Source: Octopus vulgaris
Lineage: Eukaryota
Direction of reading: 5' to 3'
NCBI GenBank assembly: GCA_951406725.2
Contig: OX597839.1
Span: forward strand, 40,796,001-40,860,000
Length of the DNA stretch: 64,000 nt
The stretch's first letter is position 1. Every line of letters begins with the position of its first letter. The notes below the pieces were generated by a model. That model worked only from the letters and a program-made list of their open reading frames with translations, was not told the DNA's origin and did not search any database. The translations under genes were made by a program, and so were the position numbers. Below are positions 14,510-37,962 of this stretch, piece by piece.

Positions 14510-15312
14510 TTCATTTCTTCTTCTTCCTTCTTTTCTCCTTCTCTTTTTTCTTCTTTTTCTTCTTCTTTTTCTGCTTCATCTTCTTCATTTTCTTCTTCTT
14601 CCCTCCTCCTTCCTCTTCATCTTCTTCCTCTCTTTCTTCTCCTTCTTATATTCTCCCCTCCTCTTCCTCATCCTATCTTTCTCTCCTTCTTCTCCTTCTT
14701 CCTATTCTTCTTCTTCTTCTTCCTCTTCTTCCTCTTCTTCGCATCTTCCTCATCCTATCTTCTTCCTCTCTTTATTTATTTTCCCTTCTTTTTCTCCTTC
14801 TTTTTCTTCTTCTTCTTCTCTTTTTTCTTCCTCCTCCTCTTCCTCCTTTTCCTTCCCTTCCTTCCCCTCCTCCTTCCTTCTTTTCCTTCCCTTCCTTTCC
14901 CTCCTCCTTCCTCCTTTTCCTTCACTTTCTTCTCCTTCTTCCTTCTTTCCCCTTCTCTTTCTTCTCTTTCTTCTTCTTTCTCTTCTTTTTCTTCCTCCTC
15001 CTCCCCTTCACCTTCTTCTCTCCCTCCCTTTCCTCCGCCTCCTTCAACATCATCATCATCATCATCTTCTTCTTCTTTCTCTTCTTCTTTTTCTTCCTCC
15101 TCTTTTTCTTCTTCTTCTCTTCCTCTTTCTCCTCCACCTTCTTCATCTTCTTTTTCTTCTTCCTCCTCCCCTTCTCCTTCTTCTCTCCCTCCCGTTCCTG
15201 CGCCTCCTTCATCATCATCATTATCTTCATCTTCTTCTTCTCCTTCTCCTCCTCCTCCATCTTCTTCTTCATCTTCTTCTTCTTACTCCTTCTTCCTCCC
15301 CCCTTCCCCCTT
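14510..15312. repeat. Polypyrimidine (CTT)-rich tract with internal duplication of about 165 bp
   Basis: TTCCTCCTCC...TTCTTCTCTCCCTCCC...CGCCTCCTTCA(A/T)CATCATC occurs at about 14995-15080 and 15160-15240. Confidence 0.85.
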
Positions 15313-15824
15313 TAAGCTAAATTCCATTGTCATTCCCCGCCTTTTACATTTTCCTTAGCATCTGCTTATGCTGTCACCAATATCACAACCGTTCATATGC
15401 ACTGAATATGATATTAATCGTCATTGATGCCTACAAAATATTTTTTCATTTATATTCAAGTAGCTGCTTATAAATACAGGTGTGTGAGTGGATGGGGCGT
15501 GTATTTGATATTTGCATGCGTGCGCGCGCGCGTGTGTGTGTGTGTGTGCGTGTGTGTGTTTGTGTATGTGTGTAAATATAACAATCAGCTTATTGCTCGC
15601 TGACACGCCAGCTAAGAAATTAGAGTGAACGTGAGTTGTTAAACGACAAATAGTGAAGGAGGGAGAAGGAAGGGAGTAGGAGTGTGTGCGTAAGTGAGGG
15701 AGTGAGTTTGTGCGTGAGTAAGTAAGTGAGTGATTGAGTGAGTGAGTGAAAGAGTTAGTGAGAGAGGGAGTTAGTAATAGATGTAAAATGAAAGTGAGTG
15801 GAAAGATGAGGTATTTCTAACACT

Positions 15825-15975
15825 GTTCTGATTGACAAGCGGCCATGCTGGGGTAACGCTTTAAAGGAGTTTAATCAAACGACTCGACTCCAGCATTCCT
15901 GTGGTTCTTTTTAGAAGTCTGGTACCTATTCTATCGATATCTTATGGCAAACCGCTAAGTTATAGCAACGTAACT
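15825..15975 (-). mobile_element. SINE family B 3' fragment
   Basis: GCGGCCATGCTGGGG...GGTACCTATTCTATCG...CCGCTAAGTTA. Confidence 0.55.
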
Positions 15976-17101
15976 GTTGATGAAACTGTATTCGGTCGTA
16001 TTAGTAATCATTTCGTGAGTCAGAACTGTGACTTTTTACATTCTCGACTATATCATCAACATAGTTAAAATTGATGACAGTAACTTAATGAGACTTCATA
16101 GTTGTAACACTAATGGTTTAATAAGATGTTAAATGTTTTAAAAAAGGTTATTACTTTTTAAGGCCCCTAATCCCTTTTGATTTAGATATATCGTTTTACT
16201 AACATTACTAATGTTGTTGCCCTGGGTATGACTATAAACCACATCCGATAGTAGGACTCTTGGGCCCCGGTTTCAGGGTTTGAGGAGTGTGGAACCACTT
16301 CTTAGCCACTAATGTTCGCAGATCTACTCTGACCCAGAGTGGTAGCACCTGTAAGGGTCCCACCTATGAGTAAACTAGCAAACCCCACTGCGGCTGGGGG
16401 CGGGTATTGGTAGAATGCAGTCGCCGTATTCCCTGCGTGGCATAAGACGCAACAAAGAAGGGCGGCAGTGAAGGCACTGACAATCTACTGTTCCTAGTAA
16501 TTTTATATTCCTTAAAATACAAGAAAAAGAAATGAATGGAAGGCCTGATGTGTGTTTTGTTGTGGCTGTCCCCTCCTAAAACAAACACGGGAAACTGGCC
16601 TGGGTATATAAAAAAATAACTAATATTGTCGATTTTATCGCTTATATGCTTCCTTTGTTTAAAATTGGTAACTGTAAATTGACAATACTGTATTTGGTTG
16701 TCAAGAGTGTTATGTAAGCTAAAAAGCTGTCATTTTTTACAGTACAAATTTCCATACATTTATGCATCACTCCCGCCTAACGTTTTCAAGGTAGGCTTAA
16801 CTATCGGACTTTCTGCTACAACGAAAGTGTAATGGCGTCGCGGTCTTTTCGCTGAGATCAAAGAGAAATATTTTCCGGTTAAATAATACTAAGTGCCAAG
16901 TCTTTTGGAAAGAAATTCATCAGTTTTCACGCGTCGTTTTCAATTGATCATTCTTTATAATTAATAAAACTGTCTCCATTTTTCCGACATGGGTATAGAT
17001 GTGAGAGAGAGAGAGTGTGTGTGTATGTATATGTGTGAGTGTGTGTGTGAGTGTGTGTATGTGTGGTGTGGTGTGTGGAAGCGTATGCATGTGTGTGTGT
17101 G

Positions 17102-17134
<33 letters not shown>

Positions 17135-17214
17135 GGGGTGAGAGAGAAATAGATAGAGAGGGAGGCAGACAGACAAATAGACAGACAGACAGACAGACAG
17201 ATGAATTATTACAC

Positions 17215-17335
17215 TGAGCTCGACTTTGCCTTTCATCCTCTCGGAGTCGATAAAATAGGTACCAGATGAGTACTGGGGTCGATGTAATTGATTTACACAT
17301 CCTCCAAAATTACTTTGTGCCAAAATATGAAACTG
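17215..17335 (+). mobile_element. SINE family A fragment
   Basis: CGACTTTGCCTTTCATCCTCTCGGAGTCGATAAAATAGGTACCAG. Confidence 0.75.
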
Positions 17336-17406
17336 ATATTAATTAATAAATAAATGACAAAAGTACAGAAATTACGAAGTCATCTTCATTAGCTTATATA
17401 TAGACC

Positions 17407-17441
<35 letters not shown>

Positions 17442-17630
17442 CGCGCGTGTGTGTGTGTGCATGTGTGTGTGTGTGTTAAGCGCGCGTGTGTGTGTGCGTG
17501 TGTGTGTGTGTGTAAACGCAAGTGCGTGTGTGTGCGTGTGTGTGTGTGTGTGCGTGCGTGCGTGTGTGTGTGTGTGCGCGTGTGTGTGTGTGTGCTTGCG
17601 TTTGTGTGTGTGTGTAAGCGCGCGTGTGTG

Positions 17631-17722
<92 letters not shown>

Positions 17723-17891
17723 TGTGTCTGTTTAGATTACTCTGTCAAATGTATGCATATTTCTTCACATTGTTTTTAATTAATCGTAGTTTATCTCATA
17801 GCTCTGAGATTTCAGTGAAGTAATGTGAGAGGTGAGAGCTGGCTGGTCTGAATATAAAACATGTAGAATAGTTGGGCTGGATATGGCTGGT

Positions 17892-18218
17892 TTAACCATT
17901 TAGCATTTAGATTACTCCGTCAAATGTATTACTAATTTATTTCTATTGTTTCGAACTAATCGTGTATTATCTCTCTGCTTTGAGATATCGATGATCTCTT
18001 TTGCTCTTTTACTCTTTTACTTGTTTCACTCATTTGACTGTGGCCGTGCTGGAGCACCGCTTTTAGTCGAGCAAATCGACCCCAGGACTTATTCTTTGTA
18101 AGCCAAGTACTTATTCTATCGGTCTCTTTTGCCGAAAGTTACGGGGATGTAAACACAACAGCATCAGTTGTCAAGCGATATTGGAGGGACAAACACAGAC
18201 ACACAAACACATACCCAC

Positions 18219-18293
<75 letters not shown>

Positions 18294-18560
18294 TATATAC
18301 GACAAGCTTCTTTCAGCTTCCGTCTACCAAATCCACTCACAAAGCTTTGGTCAGATCAAGGCTATAGTAGAAGACACTTGCCCAAAACCCGAAACCATGT
18401 GGTTGGTAAGCAAGCTACTTACCACACAGCCACTCCTGTGACTGAGTATTTTAAAATGACACTGTAAAGTGGGAGTGAGAGACCAGGTCTGACCGCTTTG
18501 AGCATATAACGGGTTGATTATTTGGGCCAGGTACGGACGGTTGAAATGCTAAAGGTGAAA
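17892..18560. mobile_element. piggyBac-like MITE interrupted by a family B SINE; a partial copy precedes it (17730-17890)
   Basis: TTAA|CCATTTAGCATTT ... AAATGCTAAAGGTG imperfect TIRs. TTTAGATTACTC(T/C)GTCAAATGTAT is repeated at 17731 and 17906. Confidence 0.45.
18000..18440 (-). mobile_element. SINE family B, near full length
   Basis: Reverse complement of 7170-7576 with an internal deletion and an expanded (TA)n. Confidence 0.85.
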
Positions 18561-18999
18561 TACAAAGGTGTACGAATGGTTCTGGGACAGGATTGTGACG
18601 TGGTGGTGTCGTCATTGTTTTTGACTCAAGCACAAATGGCGTCGCTAACAGACAGATGTCTAAACGACATGCTAAAAATGGCGTAGAGCATATTTAGCGA
18701 GAGTCAAAATATCGGTTGGAGAGAAGGCAGAAGCGGGAAAATAGTAAGGAAGGGGAAGCAGATTTATTAATGGGAGTGAGGCAAGATAAGAAGAGGGATA
18801 AGGGTAGGAGTGGGAGTCGGTGAGTTATTTAAAATACCGGATATAGAGAGGTGAAGGCGATCATTGGAAATGGAGATGTCTAAGAAACTGGCAGAGGTGA
18901 GGAACATGGCGGAAATAATGTGGTGGAAAGAGTTAACGCAAAAGATAAAGGAAATTCATGTACATACATTTATTAACATATACATACACACACATATGT

Positions 19000-28330
<9,331 letters not shown>

Positions 28331-28668
28331 AATATATACATACACTATGCTCGCAGTTATAGACGCTCGTACACGTAAGCTCTAAGAGAGTTCAGGAAAG
28401 AGAGAGAGAGAGAGATTGACAGTTAAATAGCTGTAGATATGGCGAGGTTCACGTTCGGCAGCCATTACCATTAAACGGTAGGTGTACTTCGGAACCTCCA
28501 CAACGATGCATTCATCATTGTTCATGTTTGTTGATGGTTCGAGAAAGGTTCATGTCTCTTTGGTGGCCACTAAATTATACACTTGTCAAACAATGCTGCT
28601 GCTTCTCTTTCTCTATGTTCGTGATGTTAGGGCTGAGTGCCTACATATATCTACATACATATATCTAT

Positions 28669-28776
<108 letters not shown>

Positions 28777-28965
28777 GTCTCTGTATTTGTGTGTTTGTGT
28801 GTATTATTTATGTGCACAAGCATATATATGAACAGGGAAAGAGAGAGAGATGGAGTGAGAGAGAGGAATTGATATCTACATCTATTTATCAATTTATCTT
28901 AGCCAGCTTTCTATATAGTTATCTATTTATTTACCTATGCATGAGTGTGCAAATATATACACATG

Positions 28966-29022
<57 letters not shown>

Positions 29023-29347
29023 TGTTTGTGTATGTGTACTGTTCCATGATGGTAAGATCAACAAAAAGGTACTCCATCTTGTAAGAAATAAATATTTTTT
29101 AATAAACATAATATGTTTTTTCGTTCTACTATTAGTTTCATGTGTTAAGAACATGCCAGACATTGTTTTAAAACACGTCTGGTGTCCCAGTACAATCATC
29201 GGACACTGCCCACGTTAAATTAGTAACAGCACATAAATACATATATTGTGTTTGCTAAATTATATATGGAGAGAGAGAGGGGGAGGGGGAGAGATACGTT
29301 GGTAGATAGACAGACAGATACATAGATAGACAGACAGAGAGACAGAC

Positions 29348-29426
<79 letters not shown>

Positions 29427-29449
29427 GAAGTTGCTAGAAATTACTAGTA

Positions 29450-29623
29450 CCTGTGTTTTAAAGGGCCAGACTTTTCATACTCCATGTCACGCTGACTCTC
29501 CCTGAGAACTACATTAAAGGCACACGTGTCTGTGGAGTACTCAACCACTCGTTAGTTTTACGAGCAGGCTGTTCCCTTGATCGTATTATCTTAGTCAATC
29601 GTCGTCGTAACCGACGGAGTACC
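29450..29623 (+). mobile_element. SINE family C 3' fragment
   Basis: AAAGGGCCAG...GAGAACTACATTAAAGGCACACGTGTCTGTGGAG...TCGTCGTAACCGACGGAGT, matching 53330-53500. Confidence 0.75.
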
Positions 29624-29914
29624 AGTTTTTTATATGCCTCTGTATGCAATTATGTATGTGCGTGAGTGAGTACCTACGTACGTGAAGATGAAGGTCTGGA
29701 GGAGTATGGTCTATGATGTATGTTTAATGACGGTTCATCCATTCCATTCAACCAATCAACTGCTCCCTTTCGCATGTCAGCCATCTCCAGTCAGTCAATC
29801 ATTGGAGAAAGATATTAACATGGCTGCCATTAATGGCCACTAATACAACACATCGTCTGTCTGTTGATATCACCTTCACCACCATAGCCACCACCACCAC
29901 CATTACGAACCACA

Positions 29915-29988
29915 TTCACATCATCATCATCATCATTAGTCTCATCGACATCATCACTACCACCATCATCCTCATTGTCCTCACCGAC

Positions 29989-30064
<76 letters not shown>

Positions 30065-30151
30065 CCATCATTATTCTCCTTGACATCATTTCCACCATCA
30101 TCATCATCATCATCTTCATCATCTTCATCATCCTCTTCGACACCATCGACG

Positions 30152-30193
<42 letters not shown>

Positions 30194-30213
30194 CCATCAT
30201 CATCACCATCACC

Positions 30214-30270
<57 letters not shown>

Positions 30271-30287
30271 TCATCGATATTATCACC

Positions 30288-30321
<34 letters not shown>

Positions 30322-30550
30322 TCATCATCTTTATTCTCATCGATATTATCACCACCACCACCACCATCATCATCATCATTATCATCACCACCGCTATCAT
30401 CATCCGCATCGTCGTCGGCGACGTCCCTATCGCTGTCACCAACACTATATTCTTCACTATCATCACCATCATTGTCATCGTCTACGTCACAGACATCATT
30501 AACAGTAGTCACAATAACAACAATAACAACAACAACAACGACGACGACGC
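29915..30550. repeat. (CAT)/(CAC) trinucleotide array
   Basis: Read directly. Confidence 0.95.
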
Positions 30551-30750
30551 CAGAAACAGCGTCAAGAACAACAACAAAGATCACCCCATCGAGTTTTACT
30601 ATCGACGTTTATCATCTCGCTGGTTTAGAGCTCGTTTAGACAACTGCACAGCCTGTCTGTCTGTTGGCTGTCTGACTGTTTGAAGGATGTAACGAATTAT
30701 TTATCTCTTTATTTATCTATATGCTCGTTTGTCCATCTTCCTATCTATTA

Positions 30751-30818
<68 letters not shown>

Positions 30819-31076
30819 GTCCGTATGTCTGTCTGTCTATCTGTTTGTCTATCTATCTACCTGTTTAGCTATCTGTCTAGCAATTTTTTTTCCTCTCCCC
30901 CTTTTTTTAACCCCCTTTTTTTGTCCTCTTTCTCTCCTTTTACGATCCCTTTTGATCGAAACTCCCCCTTCCTTCTTTTTTTTTTTAAAACCTTCAAAAG
31001 AAAAGCTCTACCTTGTAATTTGTTCTATCTGTGTGCAGCCCTGTGTGGCTAATAAAGAAACATATCTGTCTAGCTA

Positions 31077-31111
<35 letters not shown>

Positions 31112-31297
31112 TTTTTTTTTTGTTTTTCATCCCCCAAAAGAAAAGCTCTACCTTGTAATTTGTTCCATCTGTGTGCAGCCCTGTGTGGCCAATAAAGAAA
31201 CTTATCTATTTAGCTATAGATCAATCTATTTATTTAGCGGTCTATCTATTTATCTATCTATCTATTTAGCAATCAATCAATCAATCTATCTATTTAT

Positions 31298-31349
<52 letters not shown>

Positions 31350-31464
31350 TTTCTTTTTATCTATTTAGTTATCTATCTGTCTGCTGTCTGTTTCTGTAAG
31401 TTTGCTCACTTGTCCGTGCACCAACTTATTTGTTTATCTATCTGTCTGTCAATCTATCGTTAGT

Positions 31465-31528
<64 letters not shown>

Positions 31529-32046
31529 CTGTGTATATATATATATGTATGTATATATATATATTTGTGTGTGTGTGTGTATGTCTGTATGTGTATGTAT
31601 TATGTCTCTACGTATGTATGTACGGATATATATTACTGTCCACATATCTATCTATGTATCTATCTCCTATCCATGTACCTATCCAGATATATGTCATGAC
31701 TATGTATAGCTATATATTCATATGTACCATTCTGTCGCTATACGTGGGTGTATATATGTGTACATGGATGCGTATATGTGCCTGCACGTTTGTAAATGTG
31801 TGTGCGTGTATATATGTCTACGCATGTATATGGGTCTATCGATGTCTGTATATGAAAACTGACAACCTATATCCATATCGCTGTCTGCCCGTCTTCATGG
31901 TCATTCATTTTCATATCTATCTTGTCTTTCTGATTGTTTCTATGTATTTTTGTCTATCAATCTTTCTCTGCATCAGGCTAACAGTCATTCTGCATCTCTG
32001 CCTATTGCCCCAACATCTTATTCTTCCCTCCCCACCCAAATATATA

Positions 32047-32081
<35 letters not shown>

Positions 32082-32180
32082 GACAAAAATACAAACTGGG
32101 ACAAGAACGCAAAACATTTAGAAGACGATACAAAAATCTTCAGTCAAGAACCGGATCATCCTCGCAATTTCGGCTGATTA

Positions 32181-32249
<69 letters not shown>

Positions 32250-32250
32250 C

Positions 32251-32281
<31 letters not shown>

Positions 32282-32425
32282 CAGAGACAGAGAGATAAAT
32301 AGAGAGATAAACAGATAGATAGATAGATATAGATATATATGGATATATACACATGTATATATATATGTATAGATATATATGTATAAATATATGTGTGTAT
32401 AAATATATATGTATATATATGTATG

Positions 32426-32488
<63 letters not shown>

Positions 32489-32990
32489 CTCTTCCTTCTC
32501 GTATGTATGTCGGTCAAGCGCTGTTTAAGTACGTGTTGCTCCTTTTGTCTCTTAGTAACTATGGTCAAACTTACTGTCGTTCCCTCCTGGAAACTTACTT
32601 ATGTATATATATATATATATATATAAATGCATGTATGCAAATATATATATGTGTGTATGCATATGTGTGTGTTTGTGTGTGTGTGTGTACGCTTCCACAT
32701 ATATGCATGCTACAGACATGTGTGTCTTTCTATGTAACTACTTCTCTGTCCCTCTGTATATCTATCTATTAATCAATTGAATTAACTAACAATCTATGTA
32801 GATGCTTATCTTTTCCTCTATCCCTATTTATCTATCAATCTGTCTGTCTGTCTTTCTCTCTCTCACTCTCTCTCTATCTATCTATCTATCTACCTATTTA
32901 ACTATCTATTTATCATATATGTGCGTCTCCCCTCCACTCTCTCTTTCTTGTTATATATGTATGTTTACGCATATGTGTGTATGTATATAC

Positions 32991-33027
<37 letters not shown>

Positions 33028-34049
33028 ATAAACATTATATATATCATATGCGTGTGTATATCAATCTCTCTATATATATGTGTGTGTGTGAGTATGCATA
33101 CATATATATGCATATATATATATATATATACATACATATATAGGCATATACATATATGTGTGGGTGTGTATACATGTATGTTTTTCTATCTATATATATA
33201 TGTATATAGATAGATAATGCATACATGCATACATACATACATACATAAACATACAGAGTTCGATCTATTTATCACCCGAACTCTCAATCTATCACTTAAC
33301 CCGACCAGCATCCGGTTGATCATCTCCTTTAAACAAAACCAGCAACTGTTAGGCCGTGCCACACGCCATTTCTGCGATTTGTCTTACTTTAAATGTCCTC
33401 AACCAAAAGCGAGACGCCATTTTCTCTCACAAAAGCTCATTAATCTGCCAAGAACGCTATTGTTTCAGACGTGCCTTTATACAAGCAAACGAGAACATAG
33501 ACACACACGCTATTGTGAAAAGAGTAGGGTAGAGAGAGGGGGGAGATAGGAGGGAGGGGTTGAAGGAGGGAGGGATAGAGGGAGGGATATAGGAGGGAGG
33601 GGTTGAAGGAGGGAGGGATAGAGGGAGGGAGAAGGATAGAGGAGGGAGACGGATACGGACAGAGAAAAGGGGAGAATTACATATTTGACACGTATGTACC
33701 TACCTCACAATCACGGAAGTATGTGTGTGTGTGTGCGGGTGTGTGTGTGTGAATGTGTGTGTGTGTAGCTAGAGATAGGTAGATAGCTAGATAAATAGAT
33801 GGGAGAGAGACACACAAACATATATACATATATGTATGTATATATATATATGTATATACATATGTATATATATGTGTATATAAATATATAGATATCGATA
33901 TATATATACATACATATATATACATATACAGGTACGTATATATATATATATAGGAGCATATATATTATATATATTATATAGGAGCATATATATGTACCTA
34001 TATATATAGCAACATATTTATATATATGTATATATATATATATATATAT

Positions 34050-34268
34050 ATTTCTTTACTACCCACAAGGGGCTAAACATAGAGGGGACAAACAAGGACA
34101 GACAAAGGGATTAAGTCGATTACATCGACCCCAGTGCGTAACTGGTACTTAATTTATCGACCCCGAAAGGATGAAAGGCAAAGTCGACCTCGGCGGAATT
34201 TGAACCCAGACCACTTAACGGCAGATGAAATACGGCTACGCATTTCGCCCGGCGTGCTAACGTTTCTG
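34050..34268 (-). mobile_element. SINE family A
   Basis: Near-identical to 1165-1385. Confidence 0.85.
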
Positions 34269-34290
34269 ATATATATATATAAATATATAT

Positions 34291-34617
34291 ATATTGTTAT
34301 ATTTCGGAATGGTCATTTTGCCAGTTTAGCCATTAAAAACACACGCACTATATATTACATAAGGAGAGACACAAATAAGTAAGAAGAAAACAAAGGATCA
34401 CTGATGCGGTCACAGGAGTGTGACGAAAGAACTCTGGCCGAAATAAGATTAAGATTAATGTAAAAAATAAATAATATTGAAGCAAAATAACACCAAATAT
34501 ATAGTGCGTGTGTTTTTATTGGCTAAACTGTCAAATTGACCATTCCGAAATATAACAATATCTGTTTCAACACACGACTTCACATAAAAAATCTTGCACA
34601 ACAAATATTTAAACGTA

Positions 34618-34620
<3 letters not shown>
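34291..34620 (+). mobile_element. Second PLE-like pLTR family copy with 65-bp inverted duplication and degenerate hammerhead
   Basis: Inverted arms 34291-34355 and 34497-34561 differ at 3 positions. CTGATGcG-GTCACA ggag TGTGAC-GAAA at 34401-34428. (TA)n on both flanks. Homologous to 54230-54428(-). Confidence 0.5.
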
Positions 34621-34671
<51 letters not shown>

Positions 34672-34674
34672 CAT

Positions 34675-35015
34675 ACTTTGTCTGGTAGCAAGTCAAGAAA
34701 TACGCTGCCAGACAGGAGCCACTCGTTGCGCAGGTAAAATGACGAAAACTTGCCTGGTACGATCACGTATCTCGTCGCAGCTCCCTGTCCAAAGCCATTC
34801 TTCGGGGCACAGTTGAAGAGAGGGCGAAAGAGAGGCAGACCAAGAAAATCCTGGTTTGACTGCATCGAGGGCTGTACAGGTCACAACACAGCGAGCCAAC
34901 TACGCATGGCAGAGAACAGAGACCAGTGGCGGCGACGGCTGAGTATGAGAGCGTCTACAGTGGCACCCCCAGTAATTATCTGCATCAGGATCTTGATGAT
35001 GATGATGATGATGAT
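34675..35015 (+). pseudogene. RTE (BovB-like) LINE 3' fragment
   Basis: Across a frameshift: EPLVAQVK*RKLAWYDHVSRRSSLSKAILRGTVE / GRKRGRPRKSWFDCIEGCTG...MAENRDQWRR, followed by a (GAT)n tail. Confidence 0.75.
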
Positions 35016-35328
35016 CCAGATCATACAAGAGATGAGCTTTCTGAAGTGGAATTGATTGATATTCCAGAGCATCTGTTGTTGTCTTGATGTTACCATGGTA
35101 CCAGGTGCAAATTTAATGACCAAAATCTTCTCGCACCATGAGGTTCTTGTGATACGGCAAAAGGACTAGAAATCTGTATGAAAGAGCCAAGCTTCTTAAG
35201 GAGGAGCAGATTGTTGTTCGTGTGCATCTGTCGTTCTTTTAGAGTTACCGAGTGCATATTAAAGAATTTTTGGCCACAAGCCGCATGGGGTGGGGGTTTT
35301 CTTTCGTGATTCGAGAAGGGATTAGATA

Positions 35329-35562
35329 TATTTCTTTACTACCCACAAGGGGCTAAACATACAGGGGACAAACAAGGACAGACAAAGGGATTAAGTCGAT
35401 TACATCGACCCCAGTGCGTAACTGATACTTAATTTATCGACCCCGAAAGGATGAAAGGCAAAGTCGACCCCGGCGGAATTTGAACCCAGAACACTTAACG
35501 GCAGACGAAATACCGTTAAGCATTTCACCCGGCGTGCTAACATTCCTGCCAGCTCGCCGCCT
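35329..35562 (-). mobile_element. SINE family A, full length, flanked by a direct duplication of about 245 bp
   Basis: Near-identical to 1165-1396. Flanks 35084-35328 and 35569-35819 are copies of each other. Confidence 0.85.
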
Positions 35563-36074
35563 TTGCCTTTGATGTTACCATATTACCAGGTGCAAATTTA
35601 ATGACCAAAAACTTCTCGCACCATGAGGTTCTTGTGACACGGCAAAAGGACTAGAAATCTATATGCAAGAGCCAAGCTTCTTAAAGAGGAGCAGATTGTG
35701 TGTTCGTGTGCATCTGTCGTTCTTTTAGAGTTACCGAGTGCATATTAAAGAATTTTTGGCCTCAAGCCCCATGGGGTGGGGGTGTTCTTTCGTGATTTGA
35801 TTCGAGAAGGGATTAGATAAAGCTTTCGAAATGTTTTCAATCTTGGGTTTGAAGAGATTACAGATATATTCAGATGGAAGTGACAAAGAGCGGGATATGT
35901 GTATGCTTGTTATGGTATGTATGTGTTTGTGTGTGGACAGTATGTATGTATACACAACGGCATTTGTATGCGCGTGCATGTATGTGGAAATTTGCGCGTG
36001 TCTGCGTGTATATATCTGTATAAATATTAAGTACGTATATGTATAGGTATATATTTATATGTACATACTCATCG

Positions 36075-36133
<59 letters not shown>

Positions 36134-36359
36134 GTGTGTGTGTGTATGCATGTGTGTGTTTGCGTGTATGTGTGTGTGTAGAAGTAGATTTATATATACA
36201 TAGTTAAAGAAACAGACAGATCAATGGATAGTTAGATAGATAGATTGATAGATATGTAGGTATGTGTGTAGGTAGGTAAGTAGGTAGGTAGGTAGGTGGA
36301 TATGTAGGTATGTAGATAGTTAGGTAGGTAGGCTGATAAATAGACAGACAGTCAAACAT

Positions 36360-36426
<67 letters not shown>

Positions 36427-36461
36427 TATAGATAAATATACAGACAGACAAACAGATAGAT

Positions 36462-36535
<74 letters not shown>

Positions 36536-37144
36536 GTAGACATGCTTTTAAACTCTCGCTTCTATCACAGTATTTGTAAAATTTTCTTTCATTAAAAATT
36601 ATTCATTATATTTCTTAAAATTCTTTCAAAACATAAAGCTGCGTGAAGTGTTCAGGATCTTTTTTATACACTTGTTTTATATATTACCTTATTTTATTTT
36701 ATTATTCTTCAGTTCCCAAATGTGTGTAAAAGCTAAAACCGTTATTGTAAATCGGCCCTCTTAAATGTCTCATCACACATCACCGTTGGGGGCTAATGTT
36801 ACTCAAAGTATTCCCAGAGAAGTGACAGATGAAAGGGAAAGAGGGAACACTTGACCTTGTACGATCTTGCTAATCTAGGATCTGTTGGGGGGGGGGAAGG
36901 GGTTCCTTGATTGCCCTTAGTTTGCTGTCAAAGCTATCCACCACCACAACCACCACCACCACCACCACTAACACCCTACTTTGGGGGATTTTTTCGTTGG
37001 TATTTCTTTTTCCTTTGGGTTTTCGTTATTTTCCTTTTTTTTAATGTTTCCATATGACACCCCCCCTCCTTGTCCCCTGTATTCGATACTATTCTCGATG
37101 TCTTTGAGCCCTCGTGGTTAATAAAGAAATCATCACTGTCATTA

Positions 37145-37168
37145 GCATCATCATCACCATCACCACCA

Positions 37169-37199
<31 letters not shown>

Positions 37200-37686
37200 C
37201 ATCTTCATCATCATCATCATCATCATCATCACCACCACCACCACCACCACCACCACCACCGTCATCTTCATCATCATCTTCATCATCATCATCACCACTA
37301 CCACCACCACCACCACCACCGTCATCTTCATCATCATCATCATCATCACCACTACCACCACCACCACCGTCATCTTCATCATCATCATCACCACCACCAT
37401 CACCACCACCACCACCACCACCACCACCACCGTCATCTTCATCATCATCATCATCATCATCATCACCACCACCACCACCACCACCACCACCACCACCACC
37501 GTCATCTTCATCATCATCTTCGTCATCATCATCATCACCACTACCACCACCACCACCACCACCACCACCACCACCGTCATCTTCATCATCATCATCATCA
37601 TCAACATCATCACCACTACCACCACCACCACCACCACTACTACCACCACCACCACCACTACTACCACCACCACCACCACCGTCATC

Positions 37687-37734
<48 letters not shown>

Positions 37735-37735
37735 G
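37145..37735. repeat. Higher-order (CAT)n-(CAC)n repeat with recurring CCGTCATCTTC junction
   Basis: The junction recurs at about 37196, 37259, 37319, 37367, 37430, 37499, 37574 and 37679. Confidence 0.9.
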
Positions 37736-37924
37736 TTTTCTAATATCGTTATTATTATTATTATTATTATCATTATTGATATTGTTGTAATTAATTTCTC
37801 GTCTTAATTTCTTTCTCTCTCTCTCTCTCTCTCTCTCACTCTCTCTCTCTCTCTCTCGCTCTAATTTCTTTACCTTCTCTTTCATCTTCTGTTCTTTCTT
37901 TCTTTCCATTATATTCAATTTCCC

Positions 37925-37962
<38 letters not shown>

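Noticed and set aside
16375-16470. Possible ribozyme-like 5' UTR motif (GCAGTCGCC...CCCTGCGTGGCATAAGACGCAAC)
   Set aside because: I could not build a complete HDV-like or twister fold by eye. It is probably a decayed repeat fragment.
36976-37807. Gly/Asp-rich or Pro/Ser-rich structural protein (also 56295-57098, Gly/Cys-rich)
   Set aside because: Open in several frames on both strands because of trinucleotide repeats, with no signal peptide or splice evidence.
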